A stretch of DNA of 64,000 nucleotides from Halorutilales archaeon Cl-col2-1 (lineage in GTDB: Archaea > Halobacteriota > Halobacteria > Halobacteriales > Afararchaeaceae): NCBI GenBank assembly GCA_041891055.1, contig CP169074.1, forward strand, positions 1,056,001-1,120,000, in the 5' to 3' direction. The notes beneath the pieces were generated by a model, which was given only the letters and a program-made list of their open reading frames with translations, was not told the origin of the DNA and did no database searches. Below, piece after piece: positions 48,180 to 57,149 of the stretch (the first letter of the stretch is position 1; every line of letters begins with the position of its first letter). The position numbers were made by a program, and so were the translations under genes.

Positions 48180-48701
48180 GTGAAGCACGTAAAGGAAAAC
48201 GGTGGGGAGTCCGAGTACCTAGACGATGTCTGGAGCCTCAAAGAGAGGATAAGACGCCGTGACGGCTACCTCCGCCAGACGTGGGACTTCTTCTCGCGTG
48301 CGTATACGAAGAACGACTGCCATCTCTACATCGACAGCCCGACTGAGGGAAACGGAGAAAGCGGCAGAACCGAGACGATCGCGGGCTTCATAACCATGAG
48401 AGGCGACGGCTACATACTCTTCTTAGGGGTCGACCCGAGGTACAGGGGAAAGGGACTCGGAGAGAGGCTCGTCAGACACGCCGAGGAGAGCCACGGACGT
48501 GTCTCGTGCCACACTCGGACGACGAACGAGAGCGCGGTCGGCTTCTACCAACACCTCGGATTCGAGATACAGAAACAGATTGACTCTTACTACCGTGACG
48601 GCGAGTCAGCCTACTACCTCACGAAGAAGGTCGAGACCCAAAACGACAGGTCACTCAGAAGACGTATCTCGGAGATACTCGGCGAGTCGGACGGCGATTA
48701 G
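48180..48701 (+). CDS. GNAT-family N-acetyltransferase
   Basis: LGVDP.YRGKGLG..L, N..A..FY..LGF, YY.DGE.A. Confidence 0.85.
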   Translation: MKHVKENGGESEYLDDVWSLKERIRRRDGYLRQTWDFFSRAYTKNDCHLYIDSPTEGNGESGRTETIAGFITMRGDGYILFLGVDPRYRGKGLGERLVRHAEESHGRVSCHTRTTNESAVGFYQHLGFEIQKQIDSYYRDGESAYYLTKKVETQNDRSLRRRISEILGESDGD

Positions 48702-48709
48702 TCTATACT

Positions 48710-49681
48710 TTACACGAGTTCGTGTCCCGTGTTATCGGGCTCGGCGACGTAGACCTCTCTTTCTTCGACGTCGACTGCGCCGGCGACTTCCTCGGCGCGT
48801 TCTTCCGTCGTGACTCCGTAGACAGAAGGACCCCACGACGACTGTCCGACACCTTCGACCCCGGGCAGGCTCCTTAGCTCTTCGACGACAGGCTTCGACT
48901 CCTCGCGGTAGACACCTCCCTGAAATCTCGTGTACCACGCGCCGTTGAGTCTACCTATCTCCTCGACACCCGCTCCGAAATCGTCTATGTCTCCCGACGT
49001 GACCCCGGGTAGGACACGGTCGAGGACGACGTTACTGATCTCGTCCGCTACCGACGGGTCGGCACTCTCTATGACGCGTCTTATGCTCTCTTCCTCGTCT
49101 CCGCCGTGTTTCCCCTCCTCGGCGTCGGGGATCACGACGACGAACCTCCAGTCCTCGGGGACGTCGTGGCGCGAGACTACGGCTGGGACGTCCCAGTCAC
49201 CTCTCTCAGGACTCTCCGAGGTAAATCTCTCAGAGGGATGTCCTGCGTCGAGGACGAAACCACCCGACTCGAAACACGCGACTCCGACACCCGACCTTCC
49301 GCCGCGTCCCATCTCTGGAGCGAGACTTCTGAGGTCAGACTCGACGCCGTGTGCCTCGGCGACTCCTCTCAGAACCCCGAGGGCTAGCTGTGTCCCGCTT
49401 CCGAGACCGACATGGCGGGGTAACTCGCTCTCGACCTCTACGGTCGCGCCGTCGACTCCTAAGACGGATACTGCCCTCTCGGCGTATCTCTGTGTCTCTT
49501 CGACAGAAGACAGGTCGCCGTGGGCTTCGACCGAGACCGACTCCGCGGCCTCGACTCTTAAGACAGTGTGTGGACGGTCTACTGCGACCCCAATGCCACC
49601 GTAGATACGTCTGCGTGCGAGAGACAGGTTGAGAAATCCAAAATGGAGCCTCGCAGTCGTCTCTACCTCGACGCGCGACAT
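48710..49681 (-). CDS. mptG: beta-RFAP synthase (GHMP-kinase-like)
   Basis: ARLHFGF, H.GLGSGTQL.L, GRG.RSG.G...F..GGF.LD.GH, GQSSWGP; start ATG 49681. Confidence 0.85.
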   Translation of the reverse strand: MSRVEVETTARLHFGFLNLSLARRRIYGGIGVAVDRPHTVLRVEAAESVSVEAHGDLSSVEETQRYAERAVSVLGVDGATVEVESELPRHVGLGSGTQLALGVLRGVAEAHGVESDLRSLAPEMGRGGRSGVGVACFESGGFVLDAGHPSERFTSESPERGDWDVPAVVSRHDVPEDWRFVVVIPDAEEGKHGGDEEESIRRVIESADPSVADEISNVVLDRVLPGVTSGDIDDFGAGVEEIGRLNGAWYTRFQGGVYREESKPVVEELRSLPGVEGVGQSSWGPSVYGVTTEERAEEVAGAVDVEEREVYVAEPDNTGHELV

Positions 49682-49686
49682 ATATA

Positions 49687-50352
49687 CTATGTCTCCGTCT
49701 CGTTGTCGTCTCCGTCTCGTGTATTCCGGAGCCGCCCGAGTATACACGCGTGGTCGGAGTAGAAAGGTTCGAGGTCGACTATCTCCTCGACTTCGTACGC
49801 GTCTTCGAGACTCTCGGCGACCTCGTCGTAGACCTCCTCGGGGTCTGCTGTGACGTCCTCGCTCCTCGCTTTGACCATCATACACAGCCTTCCGCCGTCT
49901 TCGAGGAACTTCGAGTTCTCGACTGCAACCTCCGCCTGATCCCTCGTAGCGACGTCCTGGTAGAGCAGGTCGACCTTTTCAACTAAGGGCGTGTACTCCT
50001 CGGACTTACGTGCGTCGGCTACCACAGGCATTAGGTTCTGACGCGACTCGGCGACCTCGACGAGTCTCTGTGACGGACTCGGAGCTATCTCGACGCCGTA
50101 GACGACCTTCGTGACGTCGGCAACGTAAGACGGAGTCGTACCTGCCGCCGCTCCGAGATAGAGTACCTTCGTCTCCGGGCTCAGAGGGACTTCATCGTCG
50201 TAGCCCTTTACGAGAAGTGCGGCGAGCTTGCTGTCGTGGGGATTCCAGACGCGCAGGCTCTCGACCATCTCCTCGTCGCTCACGCGGTCACCCTCGGTCG
50301 CGGGATACTCGTCGTCTCCTTTCTCGACCCATCTGATGTTGTTTCGTCTCAT
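49687..50352 (-). CDS. flpA: Fibrillarin-like rRNA/tRNA 2'-O-methyltransferase
   Basis: W.P..SKLAA, VLYLGAA.GTT.S, DARK, QDVA...QA, KARS.D. Confidence 0.92.
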   Translation of the reverse strand: MRRNNIRWVEKGDDEYPATEGDRVSDEEMVESLRVWNPHDSKLAALLVKGYDDEVPLSPETKVLYLGAAAGTTPSYVADVTKVVYGVEIAPSPSQRLVEVAESRQNLMPVVADARKSEEYTPLVEKVDLLYQDVATRDQAEVAVENSKFLEDGGRLCMMVKARSEDVTADPEEVYDEVAESLEDAYEVEEIVDLEPFYSDHACILGRLRNTRDGDDNETET

Positions 50353-51128
50353 CTTTGCCTTATCCTCTCTATCTTCTCATCTAGCTCCTCGGCGAGTTCC
50401 TCACGCAGGTCGCCCGAGTCCGAGTAGTAGTCGACCCTCGCGGCTATCGTGAGCTTCCCCGCGAGAGCACGTGACGCGCTACCCCTCTCGTCGGGCGACG
50501 TGTTCCTGACGTAGGGATGTGTGAAGATGATCCCGTGTTTGGGGGGCGGTGTCCCCGACTGGAGATGTCGGAAGAGAGCGTCCTCCGCCCCGAGTACCTG
50601 GAGGGTGCTACTCGGCTTCCTCGCGAGGTCTTCAAGTCCTCCAGCGAGCGAGATGAGGCGTGCGGCGAGGAAAGGTCCCGCGAGGTTCGAGAGGTTGGGT
50701 GCGACCTCCCACGCCTCTGTTTCTATAAACTCCCGGAGTTCGTCAGTAGTATCACGCAGTTCGTCGGCAGTCTCCCGGAGTCGGCCGAGTATCTCAGGAT
50801 CGTCGCCCGTCGACCCCGACTCCCAGTCACGTATCCTCTCGTCTATCTCGTTGAGAGACTCCTCGGCAGTCTCGAGAGACCGAACCGCATTGACGAGGTC
50901 GGCGTCGACGGTTCCGAGCTTCGACTCTATCCTACGTTCGGCGAGTTCGAGACAGACGTCGTGTAGGAGGTCGTAGTACTCGTCCTCGTCGTCGACAAAC
51001 CCCGACTCGACACAGACGCGGCTGAGCTCTCTCGGCGTCTCGGCTGTGAGACTCTCGACCCTCTCAGCTATCTCGCCGACGTCTTTACTGTTTTCGCACC
51101 AGTATCCTTCTTTGTCTGTGTCTGTCAT
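50349..51128 (-). CDS. nop5: Nop5/Nop56/58 box C/D RNP protein
   Basis: APNL..L.G..LAARLI..AGGL..LA..PSST.QVLGAE.ALF.HL, PKHG.I. Confidence 0.93.
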   Translation of the reverse strand: MTDTDKEGYWCENSKDVGEIAERVESLTAETPRELSRVCVESGFVDDEDEYYDLLHDVCLELAERRIESKLGTVDADLVNAVRSLETAEESLNEIDERIRDWESGSTGDDPEILGRLRETADELRDTTDELREFIETEAWEVAPNLSNLAGPFLAARLISLAGGLEDLARKPSSTLQVLGAEDALFRHLQSGTPPPKHGIIFTHPYVRNTSPDERGSASRALAGKLTIAARVDYYSDSGDLREELAEELDEKIERIRQR

Positions 51129-52444
51129 CTTTCTGTCTCGGATTCGGATTCGGCTTCGAGAGCGTCTCTGAGTATCTCCTTCGCCGACCCGAAGAGTTCT
51201 TCGGCGTCGTCCTCGTCACCTGACTCGGCGTTGAGACGTATCAGAGGCTCGGTACCGCTCGGGCGTATAAGGAACCAGCCCTTGTCGGTCTCGACACGCA
51301 CGCCGTCTATGTCGGTGTAGTCGCCGTACTCCGCCTCGGCGATCTCAGAGACCCTCGACATTACATCGTCCTTCGAGTCGTCGGGGCAGTCGTAGTTAGT
51401 CCTGCGGACGGTATATGTCGGAAGAGAGTCGGAAAGCTCGGAGAGCGACTCTCCTGAGTCAGACACGAGATCGACGAGCTTCGCGGCGGCAAGAACGCCG
51501 TCGGGGCAGTAGGTCTCGTCGGGGAAGATCCAAGAGCACGACGGCTCGCCCCCGAAGTCGCCGCCGGTCTCCTTTAGCTTCTGTGCGACGTGGACGTCTC
51601 CGACCTGTGTCCTCACGACGTCTGCGACCTCGTCTACTACGAGACTCGTGTTGAGGGGAGCTACAACTGTGTCGGCGTCCTCGTTCCGCGCGAAGAGTGC
51701 CATCAGACGGTCGGGCTCGACGTACTCCCCGTTCTCGTCGACAGCAGCCATCCTGTCGCCGTCTCCGTCGTGTGCGACACCTACGTCGGCGTCGGTAGAC
51801 TCGACAGCAGTCTGGAGGTCTTCGAGGTTCTCGGCTGTGGGCTCGGGGAGACGCGCGGGGAAGTTGCCGTCGTACTGGCAGTTGAGTGTGACGACCTCAC
51901 ATCCCATCCGTCTCAGGACGTGGGGTGTTATCCACGACGCCGCGCCACATCCCCCGTCGACGACGACCTTGAGACCCGATTCGCCGACAGATTCGAGGAC
52001 TTCGTCGGCGTGTCTTTCGAGTGCGCCGTCTATCTCCTCGGAGTCTCCGAACTCCGTCGGGTCAACAGGCGAAAGATCCGACTCAACGAGTTCCTCAACC
52101 CTCTGTCTCTGATCGACGTCGTAAGCTGTTCCGTCGGAGTTCCACGGCTTGAATCCATTATACTCGGGCGGATTGTGGCTAGCGGTTATCACGATTCCGC
52201 TGTCACGTGTGAGACGCGCAGTCGTGGGCGTCGTGGCGACTCCGAGGCGACGGACGTCGGCACCCTGTGACAGCACACCCGCGACGACCGCGTCTTCGAG
52301 AGCCTTTCCCGTGACGCGCGTGTCACGTCCCACAGTGACCTCGTCGGCGTCCCTGCCGACTGCCGCGCCTATCTCCAAGCCTAGCTCGGGAGTTATCTCG
52401 TCTCCGACTACTCCCCTGACGCCGCTCGTTCCAAACAGACCCAT
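51125..52444 (-). CDS. glmM: Phosphoglucosamine mutase / phosphohexomutase
   Basis: FGTSGVRG, TASHNP, DGDGDR, GGE.S, RPSGTEP. Confidence 0.85.
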   Translation of the reverse strand: MGLFGTSGVRGVVGDEITPELGLEIGAAVGRDADEVTVGRDTRVTGKALEDAVVAGVLSQGADVRRLGVATTPTTARLTRDSGIVITASHNPPEYNGFKPWNSDGTAYDVDQRQRVEELVESDLSPVDPTEFGDSEEIDGALERHADEVLESVGESGLKVVVDGGCGAASWITPHVLRRMGCEVVTLNCQYDGNFPARLPEPTAENLEDLQTAVESTDADVGVAHDGDGDRMAAVDENGEYVEPDRLMALFARNEDADTVVAPLNTSLVVDEVADVVRTQVGDVHVAQKLKETGGDFGGEPSCSWIFPDETYCPDGVLAAAKLVDLVSDSGESLSELSDSLPTYTVRRTNYDCPDDSKDDVMSRVSEIAEAEYGDYTDIDGVRVETDKGWFLIRPSGTEPLIRLNAESGDEDDAEELFGSAKEILRDALEAESESETER

Positions 52445-52529
52445 GGCTTAGAGTAGCCTCATGGACACTTGAAGCTTTAGAGATGTCAGAGCCAGAAACA
52501 TCAGGCTTATAACCAATCTCGTCCACCTA

Positions 52530-52562
52530 TTCAGATATGAGACGTGTTTCAGTACTGAGACG
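52530..52562. promoter_or_regulatory. Tandem pseudo-palindromic sites TTCAG-NNN-TGAGACG x2 upstream of gch3
   Basis: Copies at 52530-52544 and 52548-52562, downstream of TTATAA at 52507-52512. Confidence 0.5.
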
Positions 52563-52589
52563 CAAAATGCCCCCATCTGACTCTCAACT

Positions 52590-53333
52590 ATGGTACAGAT
52601 AACACTCATACAGATAGACAACTACGGACCCTGGACTGTCACCCCGGAGCCGAGGAGAGAGACGGATCTCCAGACACTCCAGTCACGTCTCTTCGCCGAT
52701 CTCTCACAGACCTTCGGAAGCTATGGCTGTCTCGTCTTTTTCACGCGTTTCGACAACATGATAGCCGTCACCAACGGGATGGACGTCGACGACCATCTCA
52801 GGGTGCAGGATTCGATCTCAAACCGGTACCCAGTCACGGTCTCGATGAGCATTGGCTGTCGCGACACGCCGAGAGATGCTCTCTTAGACGCGACAGAGGG
52901 TCTTCAGACTGCTGGAAGTGCCCAGGACGAGAAGAGACAGGAGGAGCTACTCGGAGGAGAGGCTTGTGAGATAGGCGACACCGCACAGATCGCACATTTC
53001 GACGTCAACGACGCCACCGAGAAGTACACCGACGAGCTCAACGCATTCGACACCTTCATACATATAGAGAGAGGCTACGCGTCGCTGATGGAGTATATGT
53101 GGAACGGGGAGTCGTCGGCGTCGTTCTTCGTCGGCGGAGACAACGTCATAAGCGTGACTCCCGAGATAGGTGAGAACGCACTCTTAGGAGCGATAGAACA
53201 CGTCGAGAACGAGGCGGAGGTCGAGTTAAAGGTCGGTGCGGGACGCTCTGAGACTCCCGAGGAGGCGAGCATGGACGCCAAGATTGGGCTCGAAGACTGC
53301 CGCGAGAACGGTGACCGCGTAGTGATTCTCTGA
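52590..53333 (+). CDS. gch3: GTP cyclohydrolase III (IIa)
   Basis: IQIDNYGPWT..P.PRRE.DLQ.LQ, RFDN, AHFDVN..T, FVGGDN. Confidence 0.93.
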   Translation: MVQITLIQIDNYGPWTVTPEPRRETDLQTLQSRLFADLSQTFGSYGCLVFFTRFDNMIAVTNGMDVDDHLRVQDSISNRYPVTVSMSIGCRDTPRDALLDATEGLQTAGSAQDEKRQEELLGGEACEIGDTAQIAHFDVNDATEKYTDELNAFDTFIHIERGYASLMEYMWNGESSASFFVGGDNVISVTPEIGENALLGAIEHVENEAEVELKVGAGRSETPEEASMDAKIGLEDCRENGDRVVIL

Positions 53334-53375
53334 CCCAACCCCTAACTCTATCTGTCTGAACTGCCTCTTACACTC

Positions 53376-54716
53376 ATGCCTCAGAGACCCAGACGCGCCG
53401 TGATAATGGGAGCGGCGGGACGTGACTTCCACGACTTCAACGTCTTCTTCCGCGGAAACGACGAGTACGAGGTAGTCGCGTTCACAGCCGAACAGATACC
53501 CGATATAGAGGGTCGGGAGTATCCCGAAGATCTCGCGGGTGACCTCTACGACGAGCCTATTCCTATAGAGCCCGCCGACGACCTCGAAGAGATAATTCAG
53601 GAGAGGGACGTCGACGACGTCTTCCTGTCGTACTCAGACCTCTCACACGAGTACGTGATGCATCAGGCTTCGCGGTCTCTCGCGTCGGGTGCATCTTTCA
53701 GTATCTTGGGACCCGACGACGTACAGATCGAGACCGACATACCGGTTCTCTCTGTCTGTGCGGTCAGGACGGGATGCGGAAAGTCACAGACTACACGTGA
53801 GATAACGCGTCTTCTCAGAGACCTTGGCTACGACGTCGGTGTCGTGAGACATCCGATGCCCTACGGCGATCTCTCCAAACAGAGGGTGCAGAAGTTCGCG
53901 GATTACTCCGACCTCGAGGAGTACGAGACTACCCTCGAGGAGAGAGAGGAGTACGAACACCACATAGAAGACGGCAACGTCGTCTACGCCGGCGTCGACT
54001 ACGAGGCTATACTCGAACGCGCTGAGGAAGACTCGGATCTTATCGTCTGGGACGGTGGCAACAACGACATTCCATTCTTCGAGACCGATCTACACGTGGT
54101 TCTCACCGATCCGTTACGTCTCGGCGACGAGACTCGGTACCATCCGGGTGAGACCAACCTGCGTATGGCAGACTACGTTCTCGTGAACAAGATAGACACA
54201 GCGAGCGGCGACGCCGTGAGGAGCCTGAGGCAGAATATCTACGAGACCAACCCCGATGCGCGTCTCTTTGAAGCAGCATCACCCATTTCTGTCGAGGATT
54301 ACGAGGATCTGAGAGGTAAGAGAGTTCTCGTCGTCGAGGACGGCCCGACGGTCACACACGGCGGAATGAGGTACGGCGCCGGGTACGTCGGAGCACGTAA
54401 GTACGGTGCCGAGCCCGTCGACCCCTCGGAGTACGCCGTCGGAAGCTTAGCCGATGTCCTCGAAGAGTACGACCTGAGAGATGTCGTCCCTGCTATGGGT
54501 TACTCCGAGTCACAGCTTGAGGATCTCGAAGAGACCATCAGGCGTGCGACTTCGGACATCGACGGCGTGGTTCTCGGGGCTCCTATTGACCTCGGAAGTC
54601 TCATAGATATAGACTCGCGTGTCCACACGACGAGATACGACCTCGAAACTGTCGGAAATCCGAACCTCGAAGACGTCGTCGAGGGGTTTGTCGAGGAGTA
54701 CGTCAGCGTGACATAG
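53376..54716 (+). CDS. cDPG-synthetase-like P-loop ligase, probable arginine synthetase (ArcE-like)
   Basis: IMGAAGRDFH.FN, AFTA.QIP.I.GR.YP, AVRTGCGKSQT, RHPMPYG, EEREEYE, WDGGNND, EDGPT.THG. Confidence 0.7.
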   Translation: MPQRPRRAVIMGAAGRDFHDFNVFFRGNDEYEVVAFTAEQIPDIEGREYPEDLAGDLYDEPIPIEPADDLEEIIQERDVDDVFLSYSDLSHEYVMHQASRSLASGASFSILGPDDVQIETDIPVLSVCAVRTGCGKSQTTREITRLLRDLGYDVGVVRHPMPYGDLSKQRVQKFADYSDLEEYETTLEEREEYEHHIEDGNVVYAGVDYEAILERAEEDSDLIVWDGGNNDIPFFETDLHVVLTDPLRLGDETRYHPGETNLRMADYVLVNKIDTASGDAVRSLRQNIYETNPDARLFEAASPISVEDYEDLRGKRVLVVEDGPTVTHGGMRYGAGYVGARKYGAEPVDPSEYAVGSLADVLEEYDLRDVVPAMGYSESQLEDLEETIRRATSDIDGVVLGAPIDLGSLIDIDSRVHTTRYDLETVGNPNLEDVVEGFVEEYVSVT

Positions 54717-54764
54717 GACTGGTCGGAGTCTGGGTTTGATATGCCGTCGACTCATAGACGTGGT

Positions 54765-56894
54765 ATGTCCAACTCAGACCCAAACCCAAACTCGAACTCC
54801 GACTCGTACACCGACACCAACCGTCTCGGTGACGAGAAGAGCCCGTATCTCCAGCAGCACGCCGACAACCCCGTGAACTGGCAGCCATGGGACGACGAGG
54901 CACTCGAAGAGGCGAGAGAACGCGATGTCCCGATCTTCGTCTCGATAGGTTACAGCTCGTGCCACTGGTGTCACGTGATGGAGGAGGAGTCTTTCGAGGA
55001 CGACGAGGTCGCCGAGGCTCTCAACGAGAACTTCGTGCCGATCAAGGTCGACAGGGAGGAGCGTCCCGACATCGACCGTATCTACCAGACGACGTGCCAG
55101 ATAGTCGCGGGTGGCGGCGGCTGGCCCCTCTCGGTCTGGCTCACGCCTGACCAGCGCCCTTTTTACATAGGCACCTACTTCCCGAAGAATCCGAAGAGGG
55201 GACAGAACGGCTTTCTGAACCTACTCGGAAAGCTCGCGGACGACTGGGAGAACGACAGGCAGAAGATCGAGGAACGCGCCGACAAATGGACGCGTGCCGT
55301 TAAGGGCGAGCTAGAGCTTTCGGAGTCGGAGGAAACCGAATCCGGAGAAGCCGACTTCGACGGGGTTCTCGAAGACGGAGTCCAACAAGCCGTGAGAAGC
55401 GCGGACAGAAAGTACGGCGGCTTCGGAGACTCGGGACCCAAGTTCCCCACACCTCCACGTTACCGTCTCCTCGTGTCGGCGTACGACCAAACAGGAAGAT
55501 CGGCTCTCAAGGTCGCAGTCGAGAGCCTCGACGCGATGGCGAACGGGGGTCTCTACGACCACGTAGGCGGCGGCTTCCACAGATACGTCACCGACAGGGA
55601 GTGGGTGGTTCCCCATTTCGAGAAGATGCTCTATGACAACGCCGAGATTCCACGTCTCTTCCTCGACGCCTACAGGGTTACGGGAAAGGAGAGGTACGCC
55701 GATGTAGTCGAGGAGACATTCGACTTCGTCGAGAGGGAGATGACATCGCCCGAGGGGGGCTTCTACTCGACACTCGACGCAAGGAGCGAGGGCGAGGAGG
55801 GCAAGTTCTATACTTGGACAGCCGACGAGGTCGACGACGTACTCTCGGAAGACGAAGCCAAACTCTTCCGTGAGAGGTACGGGGTGACCGAGAGCGGCAA
55901 CTTCGAGGGGAGTAACGTCCTGACTGTCTCGAACTCCTTCGACGAGATCGCCGACGAAGTCGGCATGGGAGTCGAAGAGGTAGAGAGGCTACTCGAAGAC
56001 GCGAAGGCGAAGGTCTTCGAGGCGCGCGAGGAGAGGGTGAGACCCGACAGGGACGACAAGATACTCGCGGGATGGAACGGTCTGATGGTCTCGGCACTCG
56101 CGAACTCGACGTGTCTCGACGGCTCGGAGGATTATATACGGATAGCCGACGACGCCCTCGGATTCGTGCGCGAGAACCTCTGGGACAGCGAGACACTTTA
56201 CAGAAGATACAAGGACGGCGACGTCGCCGTCGAGGGCTACCTGGAGGACTACGCCTTCGTCGCGAGGGGGGCACTCGACCTCTACGAAGCCACAGGCGAC
56301 CTCGACCACCTCGTATTCTCGCTCGAACTCGCGCGCCGCATAAGAAACGAGTTCTGGGACGCCGACGACTCGACTGTCTACTTCACCTCCGAGACGGGTG
56401 AGAGCCTCGTAGCGCGTCCACAGGAGATAAACGACTCGTCGACGCCTTCGAGTCTCGGGGTGACAGTCGATCTCCTTCTCTCTCTCTCGGGATTCGACCC
56501 CGACTTCGAGGAGATAGCCGAGGCGGTGCTCACGACACACGCCGAGACGGTGAAGTCGAACCCTCTCGGCTATCCATCGCTCGCTCTCGCCGCCGACCAT
56601 TACACGAGAGGCTCGTCGGAGATCACCCTCGCGGGAGACGAAGAGACTGTCGCCGACTGGATCGACGAGATAGGTGACATCTACATACCCCACCTCCTAG
56701 TCACGAGACGCCCCAACGATGCCGAGTATGCGGCGGATAGACTCGGGCTCGAAGACGTGCCTCCCGTCTGGAAGGGGAGAGGAACCGAAGACGGAGACGC
56801 GAGGCTGTACGCTTGCAGAGGATTCACGTGTTCACGTCCTCTCTCCGAGGTCGATGAGGCTGTCGACTGGCTGGAGGACAAACGTAACTCCTAA
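54765..56894 (+). CDS. YyaL/SSP411-family protein (thioredoxin-like domain plus glycosidase-like barrel)
   Basis: [50 protein letters not shown]. Confidence 0.92.
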   Translation: MSNSDPNPNSNSDSYTDTNRLGDEKSPYLQQHADNPVNWQPWDDEALEEARERDVPIFVSIGYSSCHWCHVMEEESFEDDEVAEALNENFVPIKVDREERPDIDRIYQTTCQIVAGGGGWPLSVWLTPDQRPFYIGTYFPKNPKRGQNGFLNLLGKLADDWENDRQKIEERADKWTRAVKGELELSESEETESGEADFDGVLEDGVQQAVRSADRKYGGFGDSGPKFPTPPRYRLLVSAYDQTGRSALKVAVESLDAMANGGLYDHVGGGFHRYVTDREWVVPHFEKMLYDNAEIPRLFLDAYRVTGKERYADVVEETFDFVEREMTSPEGGFYSTLDARSEGEEGKFYTWTADEVDDVLSEDEAKLFRERYGVTESGNFEGSNVLTVSNSFDEIADEVGMGVEEVERLLEDAKAKVFEAREERVRPDRDDKILAGWNGLMVSALANSTCLDGSEDYIRIADDALGFVRENLWDSETLYRRYKDGDVAVEGYLEDYAFVARGALDLYEATGDLDHLVFSLELARRIRNEFWDADDSTVYFTSETGESLVARPQEINDSSTPSSLGVTVDLLLSLSGFDPDFEEIAEAVLTTHAETVKSNPLGYPSLALAADHYTRGSSEITLAGDEETVADWIDEIGDIYIPHLLVTRRPNDAEYAADRLGLEDVPPVWKGRGTEDGDARLYACRGFTCSRPLSEVDEAVDWLEDKRNS

Positions 56895-56920
56895 TAAGAC
56901 GAATCCGGTACTTCGGGTAA

Positions 56921-57006
56921 GGTGAGGTGACAGAGCCTGGCCGATCGTGCCGGTCTTGAAAACCGGTAGGCGCAACGCCTCAGGGGTTCAAATCCCCTCC
57001 TCACCG
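56921..57006 (+). tRNA. tRNA-Ser (UGA)
   Basis: GGTGAGG/CCTCACC acceptor, CCGGT-CTTGAAA-ACCGG anticodon arm, long variable arm AGGCG-CAA-CGCCT, T loop TTCAAAT. Confidence 0.95.
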
Positions 57007-57074
57007 TATTACTGATCCGTGAGGTTTGAACCAGGGAAGGAACTGACCGTGGTTCAAATCCCCTCCTCACCGTA
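56985..57074 (+). repeat. 24-bp direct repeat of the tRNA-Ser 3' end (att-like), copies 42 bp apart
   Basis: GGTTCAAATCCCCTCCTCACCGTA at 56985-57008 and 57051-57074. Confidence 0.9.
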
Positions 57075-57149
57075 ATTTGAGTCTTCTACGCTGACGCTGT
57101 GAGCGACCCATCAAAGAGTTTACTTGAGACTTCTGACGTATCTTGTGTA

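Noticed and set aside
49682-49885. Arg-rich N-terminal extension of beta-RFAP synthase (also upstream extensions of panE, wtpA, tfx and mrpC)
   Set aside because: They overlap neighbouring genes or promoters; downstream ATGs match the family N-termini.
56921-57006. tRNA-Sec or suppressor tRNA because of UGA
   Set aside because: UGA is the anticodon (it reads UCA, Ser), with a normal 7-bp acceptor stem.
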